Below the pieces are notes generated by a model. It saw only the letters and a list, made by a program, of their open reading frames with translations, was not told the DNA's origin and did not search any database. Of a stretch of 64,000 nucleotides of DNA, positions 15,444 through 28,921 are shown one piece after another (positions within the stretch are counted from its first letter, which is position 1; each line of letters opens with the position of its first letter). The stretch is from Schmidtea polychroa (lineage: Eukaryota), in assembly GCA_044892525.1 (NCBI GenBank), contig CM097885.1, positions 24,740,001-24,804,000 of the forward strand, written 5' to 3'. The translations under genes and the position numbers were made by a program.

Positions 15444-15627
15444 AGAATCCATAACTAAAACACGTTTATTATAAAAACACTAATATTATTAAAACAAATT
15501 ATAACGTTAATTTGTTTGAGGAGTTTCTAAAAAATAATAATTAATGTATAAGTAAGGATTTCAGCATACAATCAAACATGCACAACATCATACTATTATT
15601 TAAATACAAATTACAAAACGCCTCACA
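15444..15627 (-). repeat. Gypsy 5' LTR, truncated (first ~184 bp only)
   Basis: Near-identical to 2028-2212 but lacks the equivalent of 1806-2027. Confidence 0.9.
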
Positions 15628-18600
15628 TATGGTTTATTTGATTTTCTGGTTTTTATATTTAATTTTAATTAATTTCGCCGCCATGATGGATATGACCATT
15701 TTCTAGAATATTCTATACTATTTTTAATAATTTTAATATATGATTCCTATTTCTTTTAATTTTTAAGCCGTTTTCTTATTTTTTAGTGATCTAATTTTTA
15801 AAATTTTATTTTTGGATTTCGTTATTGATGTCGACGTTATGTTGGATTTTGTCATTTTCATAAAATATTATATCGTTTTTATATTATTTTTACTATAGTT
15901 TTAATTCTTAATTCATTTTTTTAAATGTTATTTTGTGGAAATCTTTTCATTACCAGCTCCTATTTTTCCTTTATCGCTATTAATTCACATTTGATTACAT
16001 TCTGTTATTTGTCTATGCAATATCTATGCTTAAATTCATGCCATACTTATTACTTTTGTTATTACTTTTGTTATTTATTTTATTTTATTTTTGTGTTTTA
16101 TAATTTTGTTGTTATGTAAGTTCTTTTGTTGGTGTTTAGTTGATGTTGACATGTTTTTATTTGAACTTTACTTAGTGCTGTATCTTCGTGCTATTTCTCT
16201 GACTTATTCCGAAGGGGTTACTTATATATATGGCTAAAATCAGTATTTATTCCAACAATTATAAAAAATACACTCAATTGAACATTAATGATGTCATTTT
16301 GACAAAAATAGAATCGTAATTTTAAAAGGAAATTTTGAATATTTATGAATAGATTTATGATACCTTATATAACTATAAAATTGGACTTTAAAGTCAAATT
16401 ATTTAAAATTTAGAAGACCAAACTTTGACCAAACAATTGTTTACCAAAACTTAAGCAACATATTTTAAATAAGAGAAAATTAAAACAATACTCGGAAAGA
16501 GGCGTAATTCAAAATTTACCCAAAAAAATAATTAAATTCAAATTCTACCCAAAAAAATTTAGAAACCCCCACATCCTAAACTAAAAATGAATATTAAACC
16601 AACGATAAAATATATACGAATACTGTTTACCAATGTTTGCTGTTGGTAAAACACGGTTTAATATCACAGTTTCAATGATAAATAAAAAAAAATGTGGAAA
16701 ACGTTAAAAAAACATGATAGATCATTTGATCACCCCAATTCATTTATATACAATGCTATGTCGAATAGATCGAATGAACCCAATTAATGCCGATATAATA
16801 TGCAAACAGCAGACTTTCAAAATATCAATTTCTAAATTTTATTTGATTTATTTTTTTGGTAGATTTTAGAATGTCCCTTAAAATAAAGTCACATTTGGGA
16901 TACAAACAAAATGCTAAGTTATTGAAAACATTTTTACATGCTTATTCAAATAAATATCTTACATTTATTGTAAAAAAATCCTCATGTGTTCCATATAATA
17001 CTTAATAAAAATTCTTATACAATTTATAAATTGAATTTCATCTTTAATATTGAAATATAAAAAAATAACAATAAAATGAAATAAATTAAATTCATGCTTT
17101 GTGTTAATTGTTATACTTTTAGTATTTATAACATCCATAATTAAATACCAATATTTATTCAATTCAAAAATAATCAATTTGATTGCAATATTTAAATAAA
17201 TCTTCACGAGGATTTTTAATCAGTGTCGAGTAATGTAAGCATAAGGAATTTACATACCACATCAATCCACAACATACATTCATTTAATATTTATTTTACT
17301 TTAAATTATTTAATTAATTAATTTAATTATATTCTCACACTTTGCAAAACATCAAATGATATTGTACAATTTAATTTTAAAAGAGGTCTTAGACGTTTGT
17401 GTAATTTTGAATCAAATTATCTATTTAAAAATTTTTTTAAGTTTTGCTATAATCTTTAATCTGACATTTTAAAATCATTTCAACAAAATTCACCATTTCA
17501 TATATTTTCAAATTTTGATTATTTGCTTCTTCTATCTATAAAAATTCAAATTTACAAGTACAGAGATACAACATTCAAATAAATGCTTTGCCACAGGTAA
17601 AGCCCCAAAAAAGTCAAAAAAATTTTCAAAAAGTACGATATATTTACAAAATGTAATGAGTGAACTAATATGCATGCCCGGATAAAAAATATAAAACAGT
17701 TTTAGTATCCAAAGTATGTACAGCATTTTAGAAATGTTTCAACAGATAAAAAGACGAATTATATCTTTCTGTAATCAGTAGATCCTTTCGTATCCGTTGT
17801 TTAAAAAATATATAATACATTATTTTCATTGCTCTAATTATTACCAAAATGATTCATGCGATGTAAAAGATGTAAAAGAAAGCCCCGTATTCAAATATTT
17901 GATGCTGCTCGACTAGATAGGCATTGTCTTTAATCTGCTTTTTGTTATTTTAAAAGTAAATTTGTCACGAGTATAAATTGATAAAACCTTAAAATGTCAT
18001 TTGGATTAAATGTTATGTTTGATAATAGTAATAAAAACGAAGCCGTAAATTTGTGATAAATATAATAATAAATATTTGATATTTTGTCAAAAGGAAAATA
18101 AAGGGAAAATTTTAAATTGTAGTGATATATTTCACTTTTGTAAATACTGAATGTCATAAAAATCAGTAAATTTAAACTTCGGCAAAACTCGTTTGAAGTA
18201 TTTGAGTCATCAAATATTTCCTGGTTGCATTTTGTTGTTTAGCCAATAAAATTCAAGACACACAAAACATAATACTGCTAACTAATTATAACAAAATATA
18301 AATAAAACTTTACTTCAAATTTAACTATGAAATTTATATGATGTAAAAACTTGTATATTTGTATATTCACGAGTTTTATGATTTAAAAATAACTATTTAC
18401 AAAATTGTTGATTAAAAGTATTTTTTTCAATAATAAAATAATAAATTGTTTTTCTTAAAATTCGAAATGTGACTCGGAACTGAAAATTAATTCCTCTTAA
18501 AGTTATTGAAAATCTGTTTTAAACATTTTAATTCTGGTGGATTTACGGAAACGAGAAAAATCTAATAAACCCAACTTAAATATGATTTCAACACTTGCTT

Positions 18601-19041
18601 CTTCCACCTTACGAGTTTTTAGGGACTTTCTGAGATTGTTCAACATCAAATTCTAAATAAGAAAATCTAGCAAAAACATGCTCAAAAGCATAACAGTCAT
18701 GTCAATACTGAAAATTACTATCACGAACTTGGACATCCTTCTAATGATGTTTCTCAAATCTTGGTGAATTATATCATGAAACAAAATCCTTTTGAGTCTT
18801 GCTGAGAAGATCCAATAAAAATTGACAACATTTATTAGCCTTGTTTTCTTTTTTATCATTTTTTTTTCATTTGATATCTACTTCAGTCTACTACAAATTC
18901 CAAATTAAAATATATGAAATATTCACCGAAGTCTGCCATTTCCATGATAAATAAATTCAAGTTCCGACTGATTACCTAATTGTCATATTGCATAATCTCT
19001 CTTGTATAAAACCGAGAAATAATTAACCAATTTATCATAAA

Positions 19042-19386
19042 ATGATTTCAAATATTATCAACTTGATCAAAGAAAAGATTGAAAAATTAAAAGAAAATTT
19101 TGAATCCGACGATGAGCACGAGTATGAATTAGTGGGTTTTGAAGATTCAAATGATGATAAATGTATAAAACCGGTATATGCGTTTGATGTCTATGGACAA
19201 TTAAAATGGGATAAAAATGCAAAACAACGCCCGGTGATAGTTGTAAATGAATCCCAAAAAAAAGACAATTTATGTAATAAAAATACAACTAAACTATGCT
19301 CTTTGTGCTGTGTCCAGCATAACCCAGAATACAATAGAATTAGCCACTCATTACCCATTGATTATTCAAAGTTTGTAATATATTGA
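19042..19386 (+). CDS. Hypothetical 114-aa protein (unrecognised)
   Basis: ATG in AAAATG context and non-repetitive protein-like composition; no motif recognised. Confidence 0.3.
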   Translation: MISNIINLIKEKIEKLKENFESDDEHEYELVGFEDSNDDKCIKPVYAFDVYGQLKWDKNAKQRPVIVVNESQKKDNLCNKNTTKLCSLCCVQHNPEYNRISHSLPIDYSKFVIY

Positions 19387-19499
19387 AAGGAAAATTTTCG
19401 CGAAAAGTGAGTTCACAAACTATCGATAGAAAATCTATGTCCGATTTCAAAAAAACTACCTGAATTTAATTATTAATATATCTAATCTTATATAAAAAG

Positions 19500-19766
19500 T
19501 TTGCAGATATATTTTCTGTGATTTAGCTAATTTGCAAGTGATGTAATTTCCAGTGTAGCAGGTAAAAGTTGCAATAGAGTTGAATCAGCAATATTGTATA
19601 CTTACCTGGCGCGAAAAGAAATCTTTGCGTCTCCTGCAAATTACTGAGGAGAGACAAAAGCTTGAAACTAGTCTACTATTGAGATTTGCACTGGGTATCA
19701 CAAACCTTCTTATGTTTATATTATTCAAATGTTAGACATCCGTAAAAAAATTTTTTTTACACCATT
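19500..19766 (+). mobile_element. Hammerhead-containing repeat copy (degenerate ribozyme at 19638-19679)
   Basis: ATACTTACCTGGCGCG at 19598; CTGAGGA...GAAACTAGTC/TACTAT; homologous to the copies at 21663-24469 and 61090-61610. Confidence 0.8.
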
Positions 19767-20385
19767 ATTTATTTTTGTTATATTTGTGTTTATTTCTTGC
19801 AATACATCTTGCATTTTACTTTTATGTTCTCAACTTTGGTGTTGCGTTGGATCATTTTATTGGATTTAATTGATATTATTTCATATTTTAATTTTAATTC
19901 TACTCACGGTTATGTTAGCATGCTATTTTTCGAAACATTTTTAACCAGAATTTCTATTTAATTGATGGTAAAATCAGTAAAATCGGAATTTTCAATAAAT
20001 TTGTATGAAATACTTTCCAATAAATTATCTTATTTATTAATACATCTAATAAGCCGCAATGAAATATTTTATTCAACCGAATTTATTTGACGTTTACTCG
20101 ATTCCTTTAAATTCATTTCTTTTGTCCTCGTTATCTTTTCATTATTATTTATTATGCGCATGATAAAAGAGATTATGTGTCCGCATTGTTTCAATAAATA
20201 ATGTATAAATTAAGGTTTAATAGTATTTCAAGCGCAAAGCATGTTGTAATATAATAAAATTGAAAATATATTTGATGTTTATCTTATAGGAAAATCTTAA
20301 AATAATAGTTGTAATAATAATTATAATAATAATAATGATAATAATAATAATAATGATAATAATAATAATGATAATAATAATAATG

Positions 20386-20447
<62 letters not shown>

Positions 20448-20542
20448 TGAACAAATTAAATTCAAATGAAGTCCGAATCAAAGTTTTATCTATCAACTAT
20501 CATTTGCTAGACTCCAAGTGTATAAGTCAACAAAGCATGCTC

Positions 20543-21225
20543 TCAAGTTTTATCATTTTTTGAAATACCAGCTTCAAGTTCTCCAATAATCATCAGACCC
20601 TTTTCTTTTCGATATAGGGGTTTGCATTCACCGGATGCTTAGCAAGCACTGTATTGTAACATTTGATTGCCGATGGTCCCCGGTTTAATTTCAAATTACA
20701 ATGCGCCATATTCAAATATAATTTCACAATATGACTCCATCGAATTTTCTCCTCGTCATCAGTCTCTAACGGCATAGCATGTAATATATCCAATCCTTGT
20801 AAATATTCATTGAGCGCAATTCCAAAACGTTTGTTTCGAACAGCAGCAATGGGATCATTTTGACATTGAACAACTAATTTAATAATTTCATTGAAAGAAA
20901 ATTGGAATTATTCATCAATAAAATTTTCAAACAATTCATCAATAATGTCTGTCAATTTACTAGTCAAAGCTTTGTACTTGACAAATGAAGTAGAATCAGA
21001 TTACTCAACATCATCAACGTCATTATCAAAAGGTAGTGACAAACTACATTCTTTTAGTAGTGATTGATATCCTTCTCCACTAAAAAAACTATCTGTTTCT
21101 TCAGAACCATTAGAACTATACAGCTTGCTCTCTCCTTGTTCCATTAACTCAGTGATGTACTTTCTTTTCAGCATTCGATCTCTTTCATTTTCATTACCAA
21201 ATTTCAAATAAACATCCGTTGACAT
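20543..21225 (-). pseudogene. Intronless FKBP6/Shutdown-like TPR gene apparently lacking the PPIase domain
   Basis: Read-through translation ...FVKYKALTSKLTDI-IDELFENFIDE*FQFSFNEIIKLV...RNKRFGIALNEYLQGLDIL...KLYLNMAHCNLKLNRGPSAIKCYNTVLAKHPVNA(fs)LYRKEKGLMIIGELE resembles the linker and TPR repeats of FKBP6; 2 stops and 1 frameshift. Confidence 0.65.
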
Positions 21226-21318
21226 TTTTTGATTCAAATATTCAAAATAATACATGACCAATAATAATTCCTAAAATTTCGATAAATTCCATTCTTTTCG
21301 AGAATAAAAGCCTTTTTC

Positions 21319-21518
<200 letters not shown>

Positions 21519-21538
21519 TAATAATAATAATAATAATA

Positions 21539-21571
<33 letters not shown>

Positions 21572-21573
21572 AC

Positions 21574-21666
<93 letters not shown>

Positions 21667-21989
21667 ATTGGGATTTGCACTGCGTATCACAAAGTTTGTA
21701 CTGTTTATTTTATTCAAGTGAGACATCCGACAAAATTATTTTACACCATTACTTTATAAGTTAAAAATGCTAAAGGTAATCGGATGCACTTGTAAACAGT
21801 TTCTGTGTATCGACTAATTTTTTAGTTCGCAGAGGTGATTATGATTTTTCATACGCCATGTTTACAAGTTTACAGATTTTTTCTGTGACCAAGCTAATTT
21901 GCAAGCGATGTGATTCCCAGTGTACAGGGGAAAGTATGCAATAGAGTTGAATACTTACTTGGCGCGAAGAGAAATCTTCGCGTCTCCTG

Positions 21990-24327
21990 CAGGCCCAGCC
22001 CAAGACTGACTTATATGGAAACGAAGAAAGGTGTAATCAATGACATATTTATCCAAGAGATGAAAATAATCGAAGCTTTTCCAATTCGCTTTTTTATCGT
22101 CAAATAAGTAATGGTGAAAAATTCCTAAGAAAATGGTTGCACTATTAAGAATCCAAAAATTCTGTATTTTGTTTTTCTTGCAAATTTTATGATCCATCAG
22201 GTAGGTCAAATCTAGCCAAATCTGGTTTATGGGATTGGAAAAATATTCACGACAGCTTGAAAATGCACGAACGGTCAGTTTCACATTTAAAATGTGAAAA
22301 AAACTGGATAGAAACTCGATTAAGATTAAAAGGCAATAAAACTATTGATAAGAATTTGCAGTCTTTGATAGTCCAAGAAAAATATAATTGGAAAAAGGTA
22401 CTAGAAAGATTAATCAACATAACATTATTTTTGTCAAAAAATAATTTAGCATTTCGGGGTTCTTGTGATAAGTTATTTGTTCCGCATAATGGAAATTCTT
22501 TCGGCCTTGTTGAACTTCTAGGAAAATTTGATTTACCATTAAATGAGCATTTGCGCAGGGTGGTCTCACAAGAAATTCATGTTCATTATTGTGGAAAAAC
22601 TATACAAAACGAATTAATAAGTACACTTGGTGATATGACAAGATGTCATATTTTGGATTCTGTTTGTAAACCGAAATATTTTTCGATTATTTTAGACTGC
22701 ACACCTGACATAAGCCATATCGAACAGCTCTCCATAACGTTAAGATTTTATGATGTTGAGGATATGGAAATAAAAGAGCATTTTGTATCCTTTAAACCAG
22801 TTTTTGATTCTACTGGAAAAGGATTATATGATGATATTTCTGAAAGTTTAGAAGAATTCAATTTGGAATTAGCAAACTGTAGAGGCCAAGGATATGATAA
22901 CGGCGCTAATATGAAAGATAAAATTAAAGGAGTGCAAGCTAGAATTTTAAAAGAAAATCCAAGAGCGTTTTTTATGCCTTGCGGTTGTCACTCAATTAAC
23001 CTACTAATTGGTGATAGTGTTTCTTCTTCAATAATGTGCATAAATTTTTTCGGATATGTTCAAAGAATTTATACTTTGTTTGCTGCATCTGTTGGACGAT
23101 GGAATATATTGAAAAAACATATTAAATCATTAAATCCTAAACCTTTAAGTGAAACGAGGTGGGAATGTAGAATCGAATGCATTAAAGCAATAATGTTTGA
23201 AATCACGGAAATTAGAAACGCATTAAATGAGTTGCAAGACACAATATTAGATGCTGCAGTTGTTTCAGAAGCTAGCTCTTTATCTGAAAAATAGAAGATT
23301 TCGAGTTTTTGTTAACATTATCTGTCTGGTACGTACTTTTGTCAAAATTTAATATTGTCAGCAAATCCATGCAAAAAGCTACATTTGATATGAGTAACGC
23401 CATCGAGCTTCTTTGGAATTGTAAGATTTTTCTAGAAAATTATAGAGACTCCGGTTTTTCTGATGCTTTAAAATCGGCCAAAGATCTCGCTGCGCTATTA
23501 AACGTGAACGCACAATTTAAAGCTGTAAGAATCAGAAGGCGACAAAAACAATTTAGTTATGAGTGTGACGATGAAACTCCAGATGTAAATGACCCAGAAA
23601 AAATATTATAAAAATCATGTTTTTAATGTTATGCTGGATCAATCGTTGATATCTATATCAGAAAGGTTTCAGCAAATGAAAGATTTCGAAGATTCGTGGG
23701 GTTTTTTGTTCAATATTCACAATAATAAAAATCGTTGTGATTTGCTGTAGAGTTGCAAAGATTTACATCTGAAATTAACAAATGAGGCCAGTAGTGATAT
23801 AAATGGAATAGAATTGTGCGAGGAAATCGAATCATTGAAGCAATTGGTACCAGATGATGTTAAAGATCCTTTAATATGTTTACAATTTATCAATGATAAT
23901 AATTTGAAAAGTACAGTACCAAATCTGTGGGTGGCTTTACGAATCCTCGTAACAATTCCTGTTAGTGTTGCGAGTGGTGAAAGAAGTTTTAGTAAATTAA
24001 AACTAATAAAAACGTATTTGCGATCTACTATGACGGAAGATAGGTTGAATAATTTGGCCATTATTTCAATTGAAAATAATGTTGTAGCAAACCTAAATTT
24101 GGAGGCAGCAATAGAAAAATTTGCAGACATGAAAGCCAGGAAAAAATCATTCTTATAAATTCTGTTTTTTTATATATATGTCAATCGAAAAAAATGAAAT
24201 AAAGTAATAAATGGATTGTTTTTTGTTAAACTTTTTTATTTTATCATAATTTTTGTACCTAATTTTTAAAATAGGGCGCTTTTTATAATTTTTGCCTGGG
24301 GCGTATAATTATCTCGAACCGGCGCTG
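21990..24327 (+). mobile_element. hAT transposon (Tip100/ZMYM1-like transposase pseudogene at 22257-24158)
   Basis: 8-bp TSD GTCTCCTG (21982-21989, 24328-24335); imperfect TIRs CAGGCCCAG/CAGCGCCGG; motifs LAFRG, ILDCTPDISH, GQGYDNGANM, CGCH, SETRW, SVASGERSFSKLKLIK. Confidence 0.95.
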
Positions 24328-24336
24328 GTCTCCTGC

Positions 24337-24378
24337 ATAGTACTGATGAGAGGCAAAAGCTCGAAACTAGTCTAATAT
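24337..24378 (+). ncRNA. Minimal type I hammerhead ribozyme
   Basis: ATAGTA-CTGATGA-GAG(GCAAAAG)CTC-GAAACTAGTC-TAATAT: core CUGAUGA/GAAA, palindromic stem III ACUAGU, GUC cleavage triplet. Confidence 0.85.
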
Positions 24379-24469
24379 TGGGATTTGCACTGGGTATCAC
24401 AAAGCTTGTACTGTTTATTTTATTCAAGTGAGACATCCGACAAAAATATTTTACACCGTTACTTTATAA

Positions 24470-24573
<104 letters not shown>

Positions 24574-25403
24574 TGGAAATAGCAATATACAAATGTTAAC
24601 AAAAACAATAATAATATTTATTAAAAAGCTTGACTATGAATCAGTAAATATATCGATGTTTGAAAAAATTTGAAAAAAAAAGTTCTTATAACAATAATAG
24701 TATTAATAATAATAATGACAAGAAAAAAGAAAAATAATTATTATAATAGTCAGGTAAGATAGAAAAAACTATATATATTATAGATTTAATTAACAGATTA
24801 CACAAATTTTAATTTATTTTAAAAGTTAAGAATGTAACTTTAATGAAACTTAATTATTGTCTTTCAAATACAGATGCTCGATTAATACATTGAAGAACGT
24901 TAAGAAAAATGTTTGAATCCAGTGGCGGACTATATATTTTCTATGCTATATATGCTATATATGCTATATATGCTATATACGCATCCTTGAGGCAAAAGCT
25001 TCTTTCCCTTCTGAAATTAATACAGAAGGCAAATTTTCTTTTGGGATTTTAAGTTCTTTTCTCGACGCTTTTAATATTATTTTGCAATTGTAAAGTAATT
25101 AAATTGTATACATGAAACTTTAATTTAATAATATAATTAATCCATTAGTTAATATGGGCATTATGTCAATTATTTTTACAATCCAATGGTTTGAACTAAA
25201 TCAGAAAATGTATTGCTTACGAACATGATTCTGGAGCAGAATTTCCTATTAAATCCAAACCGTGGCTTACACAGGAGTTCTCTGATTCTGACATTCTTCT
25301 TAATGTTTATCGAAGTATTAATTGATCATCCTTATTTGAAAGACAATCACTTAGTGCTTTTTATCATACCTGATGATGATAATAATGTTTTTTCCTTTTC
25401 CTG

Positions 25404-25626
<223 letters not shown>

Positions 25627-25649
25627 ATAAAATGAAATAAAATAATTCA

Positions 25650-27470
25650 TTGCGTAAAAGAAAACTAGAAAGTCTACAAAAAATTACAATACCTGTCTTT
25701 GAAGGCAAAATGAAAGAGTACGAACCATGGAAAGCAGCTTTTACTGCGTGTGTTGAGGAAGCGGAAGGTGATGAGGTTGAAAAGATGTTTCACCTGCACA
25801 AGTATCTTCACGGAGAGCCATTAAAGTTAATTGAAAATCTAGGATATTCGGCAAAGGCCTATCAAATGGCTACAGAGAAGTTGGATAGGCGATATGTTGG
25901 GGATGAAAGGATATATTTATCAATGTTAGAGGAGATGGACAAGTTCACGCCAATTCGAGAAGGAGATTTGAAGGATTTAGACTTATCTGTTGGATTATTA
26001 GAAACAGTCACCGTTCAATTTAAATCCACTGGGAAAGAATCTGAGTTAAAGACTGGATGTCTTTTTCAAAAGTGTTTGGGCAAGTTAACTACAAATCTTG
26101 TTTATAAATGGAAGAAGGACAAAATAGAAAAGTAATTGCGGGAGACGATAGAGGATTTGAGAAGATGGATACAACAAGAAGCGGAGATCCTAAGATCTAC
26201 TAACGAGGTCGTGTATGGGATTCAACCAAATCCAGGACTTATGATGGGCCAAGAGTAGAAGATGTGTCTAGAGGAAGAGAAAGCTTCAATCCAGGAGGTC
26301 GGACGCATTTTACGAGGCAACCAGATGGCAGAGTTAAAAGTGGAACGTTCATACAGGCGAATTACTCTAACTTTTATAGATTAGAGTGTGTACAATGTGG
26401 TGGTCAACATTACCTAGACCAATGTGACAAGTTCAAGCAACTCACAATTTCAAAAAGGAAGAAAGTCATCGAAGAAAAGAAACTGTGCAGGAATTGCTTC
26501 AAAAGAAATCACATGGCCAAGGAATGTCGTAAAGAATCTTTCTGCAAGGTTACCGGATGTAAACAAAAACATAACGAATTATTACATGAAAGACAACTCA
26601 GTGAGGAGAGTGAAAAAGGTAACAACACGATGTTGACCCAGAAAGGGATGAACGAGAAAAACGTAAGACCTTACCTTAGTTTAAGAACAATTCCAATCTA
26701 CCTGGAAAATGGGGACAAGAAAATAAAAGTCAATGCACTGTTAGATGATGCAAGCTCAGTAAGCTACATCAATCTAAGAATTTTAAAAGAGTTTCGTTTG
26801 AAAGGGGTTGAAAATATGACACCGATAGGGGTTATCGGCGGTAATGTCCAACAAATGATAGCTTCTCCAGTGACCATGGAGTTAATTAGTAACGACTGCC
26901 GATTGACTAAGAACTTCAATTCGCTGGTCGTAAAAATTATCACGGGAGAAATGAGGGTAATGAATTGGGCGAGAGAAAAACATAAGTGGACTCATCTTAA
27001 GGGCATCCATTTTTCGATGCTAGACGAAAGACAGACAGTTGAAGTTTTAATTGGGGCAGATTATTTAACGCTTCAACGAGCACTCAAAGAAATCGATTGT
27101 AAGTTGGATGAACCGATTGCCCATTTAACTCCACTTGGCTGTACATGTGTTGGAAGAACCTCATTGGGAAGAACTTGGAATCATCAAAGCAATTTTATAA
27201 GAACGTTATTTGGTAATTGCGATGATTTGGAAAGACAAATGGAACGATTTTGGGAGATTGAAGAAAGTGGCTTAAAGGAAAATATATTTGCAGCAAAAGA
27301 CCAGGTGATTTATGAGAAAACAAAATCTGAGATGAAAAATATAGACGGACATTTCGAGGTAAAAGTGCCATGGAAAGAGTCACCAAAATCTTTGCCCAAT
27401 AGTGATAAAATGACAGAAAGTCGGCTGCGAAGTTTAACTAAAGGCTTGAAAAGGAAGATTTACGAACTGA
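25650..27470 (+). pseudogene. BEL/Pao gag-protease (RT/RH/IN absent)
   Basis: ORFs 25650-26135 and 26264-27487 with CVQCGGQHYLDQC, CRNCFKRNHMAKEC and CKVTGCKQKHNELLH; similarity stops just before RT. Confidence 0.88.
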
Positions 27471-27483
27471 GTATCAGGATAAA

Positions 27484-27990
27484 TTGAATGAGCATTCAAT
27501 CTCTAATATTGACAACCACAATAAAATCTTAATTGAAATGATCGAAGAATTGAGAAAGAAAATGAATGAGCTAAAGATATATGATATGAGAAAAGATGAA
27601 TCAATTGAATCATTAAGAAATGAAATCAATGCGATAAAGCCAGAAAATCAAGAGCTGAAAACCATGATGAGAAATAGCAATAATAATTTGTGGATCAAAT
27701 TGGATCAGATGGATATCGAGATAAATGCCAGGTGCAGAAATGATACGGTCAAATCGATAAATGAGCAAATTGAATCTATCAATCAATTAGAATTAGAACA
27801 GCAAATGAAAATTGTCGACAGAAAATGCCAAGAATTGAATGGAAATGTGCACATCATTCACCAGGTGAAGGCTGACAGTGATAGGATGGCGAAGAGAATG
27901 CAGGAAATGAAGGAGGAAAGAGATAAACTGACACGGGAAATAGAGCGAATCAATGAATTTTCGAAAATGCGGCATAATGGGGGGGGGTAA
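27484..27990 (+). CDS. Coiled-coil ORF in place of BEL RT-RH-IN
   Basis: 168-aa heptad-rich E/K/N/M ORF between the pre-RT segment and the pol C-terminal remnant. Confidence 0.5.
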   Translation: MNEHSISNIDNHNKILIEMIEELRKKMNELKIYDMRKDESIESLRNEINAIKPENQELKTMMRNSNNNLWIKLDQMDIEINARCRNDTVKSINEQIESINQLELEQQMKIVDRKCQELNGNVHIIHQVKADSDRMAKRMQEMKEERDKLTREIERINEFSKMRHNGGG

Positions 27991-28921
27991 TCGAAGCAGT
28001 TCCTGGAGAAGAAAGAAAACTATGTGTGACGATAATTAGATGTAAAGGAAAGAAGATATTGAGATGTATCTTCAAATTAATGTTTAATTATAAGAGAAGA
28101 AGATAATGGTAATTTGAGATTGACACCAATGTGTCAAGGGGGAGGATGGTGAATTATCAGTTTATGTCTCGCGTCTGTGTGCGTTTATTTGTTTTTGACA
28201 TTTTGGATTGAGTTGTATGCGCACACAGACGCGATCAGTGTAATTTGGAGATTGTTTTTTATCGAATTTTGGAGATTTGAGTTTTCAATTTTTATTTTTG
28301 GATTTTATATCAGTTGTTTAAATTTGGTAGGTTTTGTGATTGTTTTGAAAATACAAAGGTTTTAAAAATTCGTTAATTCCAAAATGGAAATTTCAAAATG
28401 GAAAAGGATATTATGATTGTATGGAGTAGAGAAGATGGCAAACAGAGTGATGTAATATATGGACATTCAGAATCAATAACGAAATTTATCAACGAAACTA
28501 ACTCATTCCTTGAAGTGTGGATTTATGTGATTATGTAATCGTATGGAATTTAAATCTTGATCAAATGAAGTTGAATAAATTCAAATCACTTGAAGGTTCA
28601 GAAATGATTGACTTTAAGTGGATAGTTGATCCATTATCCAAATATGAATTTCTATATATTCGAACAATAAAACTGGAACAGACGCATGGAAATTTGGACA
28701 CGAATCTCTATAAATTGGTCTTTATGCTTGCCGCTATCCCCGAACATGAGTCAAAGGCTTTTAGCTGATGCTTCGAAAGAAGATGATGCTCAATACAAGA
28801 GCGAGTTTATCAGAGCCAACATGTTCCGTTCGACATTTAAACAATCATTCTCATTTTCCTTCTCTTCCGTAAAAGATTGATTTGCTTTTCTTTCCATCAG
28901 TGCCCCAATCATTTGATGTTT

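Larger units (their letters stand above)
21663..24469 (+). mobile_element. Retrozyme/Penelope-like hammerhead repeat (~364-nt monomer plus ~97-nt terminal direct repeat), interrupted by hAT
   Basis: 21663-21759 is repeated at 24373-24469; flanked by (AAT)n on both sides; hammerhead at 24337-24378. Confidence 0.85.

Noticed and set aside
19598..19760. Genuine U1 snRNA gene
   Set aside because: Similarity is limited to the first ~13 nt; there is no U1 stem-loop I or Sm site, and the downstream sequence is a hammerhead repeat.
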